DNA from: an uncultured bacterium
GTDB taxonomy: Bacteria > CSSED10-310 > CAZUFC01
Reading direction: 5' to 3'
Assembly: GCA_964619725.1 (NCBI GenBank)
Contig: CAZUFC010000085.1
Coordinates: forward strand, 1 to 38,480
Length of the DNA: 38,480 bases
A model generated the notes under the pieces. It was not told the origin of the DNA. It saw nothing but the letters and a program-made list of their open reading frames with translations, and searched no databases. Shown one piece after another: positions 1 to 9,704 of this stretch. Numbering within the stretch: position 1 is the stretch's first letter; each line of letters starts with the position of its first letter. The position numbers were made by a program, and so were the translations under genes.

Positions 1-62
1 TTGGAATACTTGGAAAAATTTTTCTCCAAAATCCTGCACAGCGGAAAAAGCTCTTAACAGGG

Positions 63-91
63 TTGACATTAAAATTTTAAAAAAATAGGTT
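63..91 (+). promoter_or_regulatory. Putative sigma70 promoter upstream of the TPR/PDZ gene
   Basis: TTGACA (63-68), 17-nt AT-rich spacer, TAGGTT (86-91), about 110 nt upstream of the first CDS. Confidence 0.5.
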
Positions 92-202
92 ACTATCTCA
101 GGATTATCTCCCTGATCGATTTTGTCGGGATGCTGATTATGAATCTTTTACGTCTTCGGAACTTTTACTTTTTGCTTCCTCTTTTGTTATCGTCATTCGC
201 TC

Positions 203-2662
203 GTGAAACCGGGCGGAAAGGATCAGCTTGTGGCGGACGACAGTCTCAGATTATGCCCCTTCTGTCATAGCGTTTTAAACGAAGAAGACGCGGTTTGCCG
301 AAATTGCGGCCGCCGGGTTGACGAAGACCGCAGTGATCCCGGGCGGAATGATCAAAATGATTTTGACGGTTTTGACGATTTTGAAGAATACGAGCAAACG
401 ATGCGAATGAGCCGAGATGACGTTGAAAAAGCGCTGCAATCCCCCGAATCGGTCTTTTTCAGGAAAAAACCGTATGCGGATGATAAAAAATTCCAAAAAG
501 ATAAAGCAGAATCATACGAAGATGTAAAGGATGAAGATAACGCATCCGTAGCGGAAGAGGAAATTCATCCTCATGATTCCAAAAAAACGTCGGAAGAGCC
601 CTATGAACAGACAGATAGAGCGGAAACGGAAGAATCCGGAGCGGCTGATCAAAGGCCCACGGAAGAAAATGGAGACGGCGGAACCGACGTCCCACAGGAT
701 GATCCTCAATTCCGAAAACCCGCCTTCACTGAAGCGCAGGAGAAAAGACTCTCTGCCCTGAAAAAAGCGGCGCTGTTGCACTACCGCAGAAAGGAATGGA
801 AGAAGGCGGTTTTGCTCTGGTCTGAAGCCTTGCAATTGAGTCCCGCAGAGACGGAAATCAGGGAATTGCTGCGGGATGCTCGTCAAAAACTGAACAGGAA
901 AAGGACCTTTTCAGGCATCATAGTCGTTTTTGTAATTCTTGCAGCAAGTGCAGCGGCTTTTATCATTTCAAAGCCTTCAAAAGAGGGTTCGCCGGCCATA
1001 CCCATCGACATTCCTGCCTCCCCGACACCCGAAATTAACACTGAAAATCAAATCCTATCCGCTTCCCCACCTCCTGCAGCGGTCAAGCCTTCACCCTTTA
1101 TCGAAGGCAATACCGCCACCCAGGTTCCGGTTCCGGCGATTCAGACATCTTTGCCGCAACCACTGGAATCCAAAACGCCGCGCCCTGTTCCCACATCCCT
1201 GCCGGTCCCTACGAAACTCTCCTCACCCGATATAAAACAAACGGAAATGTCGTCGTCTGATAAACGGATCAACGATATGCTGGAACTTGCCGAAGAGTAT
1301 ATCGAAAAAAACTATCTGATGACTCCTGCCGATACAAATGCTTACCGGATTTTTACGGAAATCCTGGAAATGTCTCCTGATAATCCTGATGCCCTGGAAG
1401 GCATCGCTAGACTGGCCAAAAAATATAAACTTCTCGGCGATTACTGGTTCCGAAAAGGAGAATATTCCAAAGCTGAAATTCTATATAATCGGATTCTGAA
1501 AATCGAACCTGCAGACCATATCGACCAATATGCTGCATACGCCGAGCAGCAGATTCAGCAATGCAGAGAATTCATTGAGGGAATAAAAAGCCGCGAAGAC
1601 CTGGTTGAGAATCTCATTTCAAGAGCTAAAGACAGAAATGCGATACATGATTTCAAGACGGCCTTCGAATTGCTTTCGCAAGCTCAGTCCATCGATCCGG
1701 AAAATTTCCTCGTCAACAAGCTTATGGAAAGATACAGGGTTCAGGCCAAAGCTCTGCAAAGGTCCGAAGCGCCTTTTTATTCTCTGGGCTTCACAGGTTC
1801 AACGGTTTTCCTTTACGATGAAAACTCTGAATCAGGACTCGAATTCCCTGACGGCATCAGGGTCAGGAAACTTCACCCCCAAAGTCCTGCAGCTCAATCA
1901 GGCTTAAAACATCGAGACGTCATTGTCCGTATAAACGACGATCTGGCTCTGACAGTTGAGCGCTTTAAACAACTTTTGTCCGCAGAACCCGTCCTCCTGA
2001 CCGTCAAACGTAACGGCGCCTCTCTCCGTCTCGATCTCAAACCTGCAGATTACAAAGATAAAATGGAAAAATATTTATCGCAATATGCAGAGAATTTCTC
2101 AATCCTGGCGGAACAGAGAACAGGCGACAGAAAAAAAGCCCTGCAATGGTTCAGAGAACACAAAGAATCTGAAGTCATTCCGCTTCTATGCAGAATTTAC
2201 GTGAGAAATTCAAGCTGGTTATGGACTAAATCCCTGATGTCGGCCCTGAATGATTTCGACGCAGCAACCGTTCTTTTTTATGCCCTCGATATGCTTGTGC
2301 AACAGCAATTAGAGCAGAAAGAAAAAGAACAGTTGATCAAACTCATTGAAAAAACAGACCGTCGTTCTTCGTCGGGCGAATTGCCGGCTCAAATCAAATC
2401 CCTGTTCAAAACCAGGACGCTGAATACCGACGACGCCGTTCATCTTATTGGTATTTTACGCGAACACAAACGGGTTGAAGCCTTGAGCTGGTTGAAAAGA
2501 GTTCTGCAAAACAAAAAACAGCCTCTTCCTGTAAGATTCGCCGCAGCCTTAACACTTCACGAAATAGGCGGCGCCGCAGAAACCGCCTTTCTCAACGATT
2601 ACGTCAATGAGCCGGGTATCTCCCGGCAGTTATCCGAAAAAATTAAACAGATACTCGATTAA
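203..2662 (+). CDS. Membrane-anchored multidomain protein: zinc ribbon, TPRs, single TM helix, Pro-rich linker, PDZ, HEAT-like repeats
   Basis: 819-aa ORF. CPFC...CRNC at the N-terminus; TPR-like helices (AVLLWSEALQLSP, AEILYNRILKIEP); TM segment GIIVVFVILAASAAAFII; PDZ signature GIRVRKLHPQSPAAQSGLKHRDVIVRIND; HEAT-like VRFAAALTLHEIGG. GTG start uncertain (203 or 230). Confidence 0.8.
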   Translation: MKPGGKDQLVADDSLRLCPFCHSVLNEEDAVCRNCGRRVDEDRSDPGRNDQNDFDGFDDFEEYEQTMRMSRDDVEKALQSPESVFFRKKPYADDKKFQKDKAESYEDVKDEDNASVAEEEIHPHDSKKTSEEPYEQTDRAETEESGAADQRPTEENGDGGTDVPQDDPQFRKPAFTEAQEKRLSALKKAALLHYRRKEWKKAVLLWSEALQLSPAETEIRELLRDARQKLNRKRTFSGIIVVFVILAASAAAFIISKPSKEGSPAIPIDIPASPTPEINTENQILSASPPPAAVKPSPFIEGNTATQVPVPAIQTSLPQPLESKTPRPVPTSLPVPTKLSSPDIKQTEMSSSDKRINDMLELAEEYIEKNYLMTPADTNAYRIFTEILEMSPDNPDALEGIARLAKKYKLLGDYWFRKGEYSKAEILYNRILKIEPADHIDQYAAYAEQQIQQCREFIEGIKSREDLVENLISRAKDRNAIHDFKTAFELLSQAQSIDPENFLVNKLMERYRVQAKALQRSEAPFYSLGFTGSTVFLYDENSESGLEFPDGIRVRKLHPQSPAAQSGLKHRDVIVRINDDLALTVERFKQLLSAEPVLLTVKRNGASLRLDLKPADYKDKMEKYLSQYAENFSILAEQRTGDRKKALQWFREHKESEVIPLLCRIYVRNSSWLWTKSLMSALNDFDAATVLFYALDMLVQQQLEQKEKEQLIKLIEKTDRRSSSGELPAQIKSLFKTRTLNTDDAVHLIGILREHKRVEALSWLKRVLQNKKQPLPVRFAAALTLHEIGGAAETAFLNDYVNEPGISRQLSEKIKQILD

Positions 2663-2677
2663 TTCATGTAAAAGAAT

Positions 2678-3826
2678 ATGTCAGTTCGATACTCATTAAT
2701 ATTTATCCCCCTGGTTGTCCTTTTATTTGTTCCCTCAGCAAAAGGAACCGAACTCCCTCCTTACGTTGACCATACACTGGTTCTCTCTGCTGAAGATAAT
2801 CCACACTTCGCCAAAACCGATCTGGTCGTCAGGCCGAATGCCGTTTTAATTATAGAACCGGGGGTCCTGGTTTATTTTCTGCCCACCCGGGACCGATATC
2901 CCATCTGGAAAGTGTTCGGTTCGCTTGAAATTCTCGGCCAGCCTGACAAGCAAGCCGTTTTCCGGCGGTCCGACATCAAACCCGACAGCGCCTACTGGCC
3001 TGAAATAATCATTATAGGATCGTCCGTTCATCAAGAAACCAATCCAACGCTCATCCGCTTCGCTGAATTCGAGGGATTCAGATCGGTGACGCTGCTGAAT
3101 TCGGCCGGAACCCTTTTTAAAGTCCAATTCAAGCTCGGCGTCGAAGGACTCAGAATAATCAACTCTCCAAAAACGCAGCTTTTCGATTGCTCCTTTAAAC
3201 AGATGAAACATTATGGAATTTACGCCTCTTTTTCAGAAACAGTCAGCATTTCCGACTGCAGTTTCAGCGATTCACAGGGCGGGATTGAATTCAATAATAT
3301 CGACGATTTCTTCGTCCTGAAGTCATCATTTTCAGCGCTTAAAACCGCTCTTTCTTCCCGCTCCTCCGAAGGTTCAATCCAAAATTCGGATTTTGAAAAC
3401 AACTGGGTCGCAACAGAAGTTTATGGAATTTCTCCCCTCAATGTAACCGAAAGTAAGTTCACCGATAATCTTCATGGAATATATTCGTTTTTGGAACATA
3501 TCCGGCTCAGGGAAAATTCCTTCTCACAGAACCTCATTTCAGCCGTCACGCTTGTCAACGGCTCATCTGCCGTAACGGAAAGAAATGTTTTCAATCGCAA
3601 CACCACTGCCCTGACCATTCGTAACGAACCGCCGGCTACAATTAAAAACAATGATTTCCTCAATAATATCATTGATGTTCGTGCCGATCTCTCAGGAGAA
3701 CTGACTTTCATTTCCAACTGGTGGGGAGCGCCGCAACGCTCCATTCGCAAACTGCTGTCGGGTGATGTGAAATTAACGGTCGAAGAGCCGGCGCTGAAAC
3801 CGAACGTAATGAAGGGAGAGGATTAA
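2678..3826 (+). CDS. Secreted right-handed parallel beta-helix repeat protein (NosD/pectin-lyase-like fold)
   Basis: Signal peptide; LVVRPNAVLIIEPGVLVYF motif; repeated I/V-x-x-S/C/N-x-F-x-x-N coils; NWWG near the C-terminus. Confidence 0.8.
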   Translation: MSVRYSLIFIPLVVLLFVPSAKGTELPPYVDHTLVLSAEDNPHFAKTDLVVRPNAVLIIEPGVLVYFLPTRDRYPIWKVFGSLEILGQPDKQAVFRRSDIKPDSAYWPEIIIIGSSVHQETNPTLIRFAEFEGFRSVTLLNSAGTLFKVQFKLGVEGLRIINSPKTQLFDCSFKQMKHYGIYASFSETVSISDCSFSDSQGGIEFNNIDDFFVLKSSFSALKTALSSRSSEGSIQNSDFENNWVATEVYGISPLNVTESKFTDNLHGIYSFLEHIRLRENSFSQNLISAVTLVNGSSAVTERNVFNRNTTALTIRNEPPATIKNNDFLNNIIDVRADLSGELTFISNWWGAPQRSIRKLLSGDVKLTVEEPALKPNVMKGED

Positions 3827-3827
3827 T

Positions 3828-4892
3828 ATGAACAGGTGGGAATTGATAAAGAAATTTCCTGCGCCCGTCGATCTCATTAAATCAGGATGGTATTCGGATA
3901 AATATTTTATACGTGCCGCGGAGATAGTGCGCCGGGATGAAAACCGTTCCTCAACCACCATGCAGGTTTTTTGCAAGAAACAGGGCATCCTGTGCGGCAT
4001 AAATGAAGCGCTGGCCATAATTCGTTTCTGCGTGCCGGAATATGAAAAATTAAAGATATCCTGTCTGGACGACGGCGATGAAATAAAACCCTGGGAAACA
4101 GTGATGACCATCGAAGGCGAATACGGTTTGTTCGCTGCCCTGGAAACCGTTTTGCTCGGCGTCATAGCACGCGGAACTTCAACCGCTTCCAGCGTCAAAA
4201 AAACCGTTGAAGCCGCCGCCGGCAAACCGGTCCTCTTTTTTGCCGCTCGATTCGATCACTACGCCGTCCAGGCTCAAGACGGATACGCAGCAAAAATCGG
4301 CGGCGCCGCCGCCATATCTACGGATGCAGGCGCGCTTTTTTGGGACGAAGAAGGAGCAGGCACCATTCCCCATGGATTGATTGCCGCTTACGAAGGCGAT
4401 ACCGTCCTGGCGGCCCAAAAATTCGACCGGTACATCGACGAAGACGTGGATAGAATCGTTCTCGTGGATTGGGATAATGACTGCATCAACACGTCTCTTA
4501 AAACCGCAGAAAAACTGAAAAATCGTTTGTGGGGTGTCCGTTTCGACACATCTGAAAGAATCCGCGATAAATCCGTCGTACCGGTCGGCAAAGATTCCCT
4601 CGGCGTATGCCCTGAACTCGTCTTTAAAGCCAGAAAAATCTTCGATGATGCTGGATACAAAGAACTCAAAATAGTCGTCTCAGGTGGATTCGATGAAGAA
4701 AAAATAAAATTATTCGAAAAACTGAACGTTCCTGTTGATGCATACGGCGTCGGCTCTTCGCTGTTGAAAGAAAAAATTGATTTCACCGCCGACGTGGTTC
4801 TCAGAAACGGCAAACACTGCGCTAAAGTCGGACGCAGATTCCGACCGAATCCCAGGATGAATCAGATTTCATGGAATGAATTTCGCGATTAA
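3828..4892 (+). CDS. pncB: Nicotinate phosphoribosyltransferase (NAPRTase/QAPRTase family)
   Basis: YSDKYF, FFAARFDHY, GTIPHGLI (phospho-His motif), GVRFDTS, IVVSGGF, DAYGVGS. Confidence 0.85.
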   Translation: MNRWELIKKFPAPVDLIKSGWYSDKYFIRAAEIVRRDENRSSTTMQVFCKKQGILCGINEALAIIRFCVPEYEKLKISCLDDGDEIKPWETVMTIEGEYGLFAALETVLLGVIARGTSTASSVKKTVEAAAGKPVLFFAARFDHYAVQAQDGYAAKIGGAAAISTDAGALFWDEEGAGTIPHGLIAAYEGDTVLAAQKFDRYIDEDVDRIVLVDWDNDCINTSLKTAEKLKNRLWGVRFDTSERIRDKSVVPVGKDSLGVCPELVFKARKIFDDAGYKELKIVVSGGFDEEKIKLFEKLNVPVDAYGVGSSLLKEKIDFTADVVLRNGKHCAKVGRRFRPNPRMNQISWNEFRD

Positions 4893-5177
4893 AAATACTT
4901 ACATTCAGTGGACGGACCTTTTGACGTTCTTACTTCTGAAACGGTTGTTTTCGGCGTGACATGCTCTTCTTTTCCTTAACTTGACAAGCAAAACTTGATT
5001 GAGATAAGTGATTAAGAGAGGAGCGGTTATGCTTTCCTTGCTTTGAAATAGTCCAAAGATAGGAGGTGTGTTACAGTTTGTTGTGTTGTTCGACCAGAGT
5101 CGGCGCACTGAATTGCAACGATAATTTGAGGTCGTATTTGAATAATTTGAAATCTTTACAAAAAGGAGTTTGTTTGA

Positions 5178-7952
5178 ATGGGTCGAAAGGAAAAAATTTT
5201 CAGTAAGTTTACCGTTATTTCATTGTTCCTGTTTCTGGTTTGCGGCGTCTGTTTCGCCGTTAATCCGGTACCGGGGACCTATAATCCCGAAACCTTGTCC
5301 TTCTATAACGGGGCTCCAATGCCGAATTTCATTGAAGAACCAGCGGAGTTGGGGAAACACCCTTCAAAGGGCACCAATGATTACATAGTCATTATGATGC
5401 ATGCCAATGACGAACCCGCGACTTTCACCGCGAACGATTTCGATGAATTGCTTTTTTCTGTGGGGTCCGTTCCGACAGGCAGCTTTCGGGAATTTTACCT
5501 GGAAGTTTCCTATGGACAGTTTGAACCTGTAGGCGACATTTACGGCTGGTACATGGCCGATCACGAGTATAACTATTATACGGAAGGCAATTACGGCTTC
5601 GACGGCGGCGCCCGTGAATTCGTTCATGAAGCGATCGATAAGGCGGAGGCTGACGGAGTGAATTTTGCCGATTATGATAACGACAACGACGGCGAAGTAG
5701 ATGGAGTGATCATTATCCACCAGGGTAAAGGCGGCGAAGGGGGAGACCCGAATGATTTCTGGTCCCATCGCGGTTGGTGTGATCGTGAATATGACGGGGT
5801 AATAATCCAGAATTACTCGATAAATCCTGAACTTCAGACTCCGACTCAGATGGAATCCATCGGCGTTTTCTGTCATGAATTCGGTCACCAATTGGGACTT
5901 CCGGACCTCTATGACACAGACTATTCCGGAGACGACAACTGCGGAAAATGGGGCTTGATGGACAGCGGCTCCTACAATAGAGGAGGAACCCAGACCAATC
6001 CCGCAGGTTCTGTTCCGGCTCATCTGATGGGCTGGTGCCGCGCTCAACTGGGTTGGGTAACGCCCGTCGAAATTACCGGCCAGGGAGCGATCACAGAATG
6101 TAATCCGATTCAAGAAACGAACGATACTTCCATTTATAAAATTACTTTCGCACATACTCCCGATGAATATTTCCTCCTCGAAAACAGGTGGAACGATGCT
6201 GATTGCATGTTCGATAAACGGGGCAGCGCCTATTCTTCAGGCATCATCATATCGCATTGCTATGACAACGGCAGTTCAAGCTCCGAATATCGCTATTGCA
6301 AGCTGGTCGACAGCAGCCCCGACATCAACGGATACCGGGATTCCCCCTATTATCAAGGAAAACAACTGACGCTCAATACTGATCCAAACAGCGACGGCTA
6401 TTTCCATGAAACCGGCATCATTGTCCATGACTTCTCTCCAAGCGGCGCCTGCATGTCCTTCAGCGTTATGTTGAAACCGGTCATCTGGTTCGATGAACTC
6501 GTCTCGTTCACCGAAACAGGCGTTGAAAATGAATACGAGTTGATTATTTCCCTGCAGAATATCGGAAATATCGCCTTGAACAATGCAACAGCCACTATTT
6601 GTGAATCTTCCGATCAGGTCGTGATCACCAAGCAAACCGCCAGTTTCCCCAGTATCGGCTCGGAGCAGTCACAGGATAATTCCAGCGATCCCTTCAGGTA
6701 TCAGGTTACGCCCACAGGCTTGAAGGGCGAACACGTCTATTTCGGCGTTACGGTAGAAGGCACGGGTTATACCAATGAAGACCTCGAATTTCTCATCCTT
6801 ATCAATCCCTCGGATATACTCTTCATCGATGACGACCAGGGAAATGAATTCAGAGACGAATCGCAACTCGGCGATCCCAAAGATTACGAAACCTACTTCT
6901 ACGCGGCTCTCGATTCAATCAGCGGACTGAATTACGATGTGTGGGAAAATTGCGAGGTCGGCCGATACATTGATCCTTCGAATCTCTACCAGTATAAACA
7001 CGTCATCTGGAACGCCGCAGAAGTCTGGAGAAATGCTCTGGACGACACGGAAGAAGCCTTACTGGCAACCTTCCTCGATCAGGGCGGAAACCTATACCTG
7101 AACAGCCAGGAATATCTCTATCAGAGATTCAAATATCAGGGCGGCGAAGATTACAAGGAAGTTCCGGCAGGCACTTTCGCCCATGACTACCTCCACGTTA
7201 CAGGCGTCGAACACGATGAATACTATTATGAAGTGCACGGCATCGACGGGAACCCCATCACCGACGGAATGGATGCCAACCTCGAAGACGTATACTCTCC
7301 TGATCCCTCTGGAGCCGGCGATTACCAATGGTGGCCCGATAACATCGCTGTCGCCGATGACGCCGAAGTCATCTTCAACAGCGGACCGCATGATTATCCG
7401 CCTCAATACGATCCCGAATACTACGATTCCACTGAAGACCTCATCCCTGAAGGTCCATGCGCCTTGATGTACCCGAAACAGGGAGGCTCTTCAATGTACA
7501 GAGTAGTCTTTACTGCATTCGGTATCGAAGGCATGCCGACTAATTGCCTGACGACTTTCCTGGAAAACGTTATCGCCTTCTTTGAAGAAGGCTCTCAGCC
7601 TGACTTCGGAACTACTATCTGGACGAACCAGGCTATGTATAATGCAGGTGATAATTTCGGATTGTATACACTCGATACGAATACATACGCTTCAACCATC
7701 CCCGTTGCTAAAGCCGTCGTCCTCGACGTCTACGGAGAATACTGGTTCCATCCCCACTGGGGACAGGACTTCCAATACGAAACCGTCTCGCTTCCTCCGG
7801 AATCATCAGAAACCGCCACCATCCTCGAATTCGTATGGCCTTCAGGCGCAGGTTCCGCTGATGGAATCATGTTCTGGGCTGCACTCCTAAATCCCGATGA
7901 CTTCAGTCTCCTGGGAACCTACGGAAATTGCACTTTCGGATGGTCTGAATAA
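5178..7952 (+). CDS. Secreted M6 family (immune inhibitor A-like) zinc metalloprotease with C-terminal accessory modules
   Basis: Signal peptide; GSFREFYLEVSYG; DYDNDNDGEVDGVIIIHQG; zinc motif HEFGHQLGLPDLYD; Met-turn WGLMDSGSYN; EYFLLENR; SD AAGGAG upstream. Confidence 0.92.
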   Translation: MGRKEKIFSKFTVISLFLFLVCGVCFAVNPVPGTYNPETLSFYNGAPMPNFIEEPAELGKHPSKGTNDYIVIMMHANDEPATFTANDFDELLFSVGSVPTGSFREFYLEVSYGQFEPVGDIYGWYMADHEYNYYTEGNYGFDGGAREFVHEAIDKAEADGVNFADYDNDNDGEVDGVIIIHQGKGGEGGDPNDFWSHRGWCDREYDGVIIQNYSINPELQTPTQMESIGVFCHEFGHQLGLPDLYDTDYSGDDNCGKWGLMDSGSYNRGGTQTNPAGSVPAHLMGWCRAQLGWVTPVEITGQGAITECNPIQETNDTSIYKITFAHTPDEYFLLENRWNDADCMFDKRGSAYSSGIIISHCYDNGSSSSEYRYCKLVDSSPDINGYRDSPYYQGKQLTLNTDPNSDGYFHETGIIVHDFSPSGACMSFSVMLKPVIWFDELVSFTETGVENEYELIISLQNIGNIALNNATATICESSDQVVITKQTASFPSIGSEQSQDNSSDPFRYQVTPTGLKGEHVYFGVTVEGTGYTNEDLEFLILINPSDILFIDDDQGNEFRDESQLGDPKDYETYFYAALDSISGLNYDVWENCEVGRYIDPSNLYQYKHVIWNAAEVWRNALDDTEEALLATFLDQGGNLYLNSQEYLYQRFKYQGGEDYKEVPAGTFAHDYLHVTGVEHDEYYYEVHGIDGNPITDGMDANLEDVYSPDPSGAGDYQWWPDNIAVADDAEVIFNSGPHDYPPQYDPEYYDSTEDLIPEGPCALMYPKQGGSSMYRVVFTAFGIEGMPTNCLTTFLENVIAFFEEGSQPDFGTTIWTNQAMYNAGDNFGLYTLDTNTYASTIPVAKAVVLDVYGEYWFHPHWGQDFQYETVSLPPESSETATILEFVWPSGAGSADGIMFWAALLNPDDFSLLGTYGNCTFGWSE

Positions 7953-7975
7953 CCCAGTTTTATAACTGAAAACTG

Positions 7976-8017
7976 AAGCCTGCCGGTTTCAAAGATTCCG
8001 GCAGGCTTTTTCTATTT
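7976..8017 (+). terminator. Rho-independent terminator after the M6 protease
   Basis: Perfect 11-bp stem AAGCCTGCCGG / CCGGCAGGCTT followed by a T-rich tract, about 24 nt after the stop codon. Confidence 0.85.
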
Positions 8018-8039
8018 CCATTTTTTCCAACTTTTTTTT

Positions 8040-8067
8040 TTGCTATTTCTGCCCCCAATCGTATAAT
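8040..8067 (+). promoter_or_regulatory. Putative sigma70 promoter for the TolC-SBP-kinase operon
   Basis: TTGCTA (8040-8045), 16-nt spacer, consensus TATAAT (8062-8067). Confidence 0.45.
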
Positions 8068-8261
8068 GTTATCCGTGGGTTGTGTGGGGGTCTTGATGAT
8101 CTGCCGCTTTTTTCAACTAAAATTATTTCTTTTATCATTTATACCATTCATAACTGGGACTAAAAGCTGATTATTCAGCCGAATACGCCTTATAAAAGTA
8201 AAAGGCCATCCTAATCTTTTTCGGCAAATGTGCGGACCATCTTTTAAATCGAGGTTGACCA

Positions 8262-9704
8262 ATGAAACAAATTTCAAAAATTTTTTTCAAATATACTTCT
8301 GTTCTTATCATATTGATAATTGTTTTGAACTTATCTAAAGCTGATAGTGAAACCGGGACAATATCAGAGGAATTTGATTCGGAAACGCAACATCTAACAT
8401 TAATGCTTGCGGAATGTATACAAACGGCGCTGGAACGAAACGACCGGGAACCGATTTCCCGGTTGGAGGTAAAAGCTGCCGAAGCAAGATTGAAACAGGC
8501 ATTGTCATCATATTGGCCGCAGTTAAATTTAACGATGGCGGGGACCCGATTTGACGAAGAACCGAATTTTATTTTTCCTGCGTCCCGGATGTCATTCCTG
8601 GGTATGGATTTCGATATTCCTGAACAGGATATAAAGCTGATGGACAGAGATATATACATGGGATCATTGTCTTTGGTACACCCGCTTTACATGGGCGGTC
8701 GGCGGTCGGCGATGATTGATATGGCGCGAGTCGGTGTTTCCGTTTCTCGTGAAGAGCTTCGAAAAACCCGTTTGCAAGTGATTCATGATGTAGAACGCTG
8801 TTATTACGGAACAATTTTGTGCAAGCAATTGAAGAACCTTAGTCAGGAAACACTGGATCGCTTCAGGGCCCTGTTGAATATGACCGAACACTTCTACAAA
8901 GAGGGCTCCGGATCAGTGGACAAGACAGATTATCTCAGAATAAAAGTAATCGTTTCAGCATGCCGTTCCTTTTTAGAAGAAATGGAAGCGAATGAGGAAT
9001 CAGCCCTGTCCGCTCTGGCGTTTTTTCTCGGATTCAGCGTGACCGACCCGGAAATTCATCCCGCGGACCTGGAAATACCTTTCGTCAAGACTGAAACGAC
9101 ATTAGATGAAAACATACAGGCGGCTTTTGCCGGGAACCCTCAATGGAATCAACTGAATTCCGCCGTAAAAGCCGCTCAGTCTCAGCTTGAAAATGAAAAG
9201 GGACGGTATCTCCCTGTTTTCGCCCTGACCGGTTCAGTCAATCGAATAGAATCTTCGTATGATGAGGGCATAACGACCGAAAAAAACAAAAATTCCTGGA
9301 ATATAGGCTTAGCGTGTGAAATGCCGCTTTTTACCGGCTTCAGAATCTATAATCAGATCAAGGAAGCAAAAGCTGTCCTCGATAAGAGAAAACGCGAAAA
9401 GAAACTTCTGGAAAAAGGTTTAACCTTAAAAGTAAAACAAGCCTTTATGCAGGTTCGCAAAGCCGGGGACCAGGCAGACGCGACCCGGGAATCACTGGAG
9501 TCGGCGGTTGAAAATCGTGAATTGAATGTACGTGCCTATAACCATGATCTTGTGGAAATGGACGATGTCATTCAGGCCCAGTTGTTGGAATCTGTTATTA
9601 AAGCCCAATATTACAGGGCCCTTCACGATCATGTAATATTTCAATCCGAACTGAATACAATCACCGGAAAAAGCAGTGTTAACGAAAAGGATACAAAACA
9701 ATGA
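8262..9704 (+). CDS. TolC family outer membrane efflux/channel protein
   Basis: Signal peptide; LTLMLAECIQTALERN; two OEP repeats (AAEARLKQALSSYWPQLNL...HPLYMGG and RYLPVFAL...MPLFTGF). ATGA overlap with the next gene. Confidence 0.9.
   Translation: MKQISKIFFKYTSVLIILIIVLNLSKADSETGTISEEFDSETQHLTLMLAECIQTALERNDREPISRLEVKAAEARLKQALSSYWPQLNLTMAGTRFDEEPNFIFPASRMSFLGMDFDIPEQDIKLMDRDIYMGSLSLVHPLYMGGRRSAMIDMARVGVSVSREELRKTRLQVIHDVERCYYGTILCKQLKNLSQETLDRFRALLNMTEHFYKEGSGSVDKTDYLRIKVIVSACRSFLEEMEANEESALSALAFFLGFSVTDPEIHPADLEIPFVKTETTLDENIQAAFAGNPQWNQLNSAVKAAQSQLENEKGRYLPVFALTGSVNRIESSYDEGITTEKNKNSWNIGLACEMPLFTGFRIYNQIKEAKAVLDKRKREKKLLEKGLTLKVKQAFMQVRKAGDQADATRESLESAVENRELNVRAYNHDLVEMDDVIQAQLLESVIKAQYYRALHDHVIFQSELNTITGKSSVNEKDTKQ

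Noticed and set aside
5019-5123. SD-like sequences with tiny upstream ORFs before the M6 protease (MLSLL at 5029-5046 and a GTG-start peptide)
   Set aside because: Very short, poor SD spacing for the second, and no attenuator structure seen. Compatible with chance.
5364-6155. Long antisense or alternate-frame ORFs (e.g. 5364-6155, 27691-28308, 34139-34741)
   Set aside because: Fully nested in well-supported genes and explained by their codon bias; no protein motifs.
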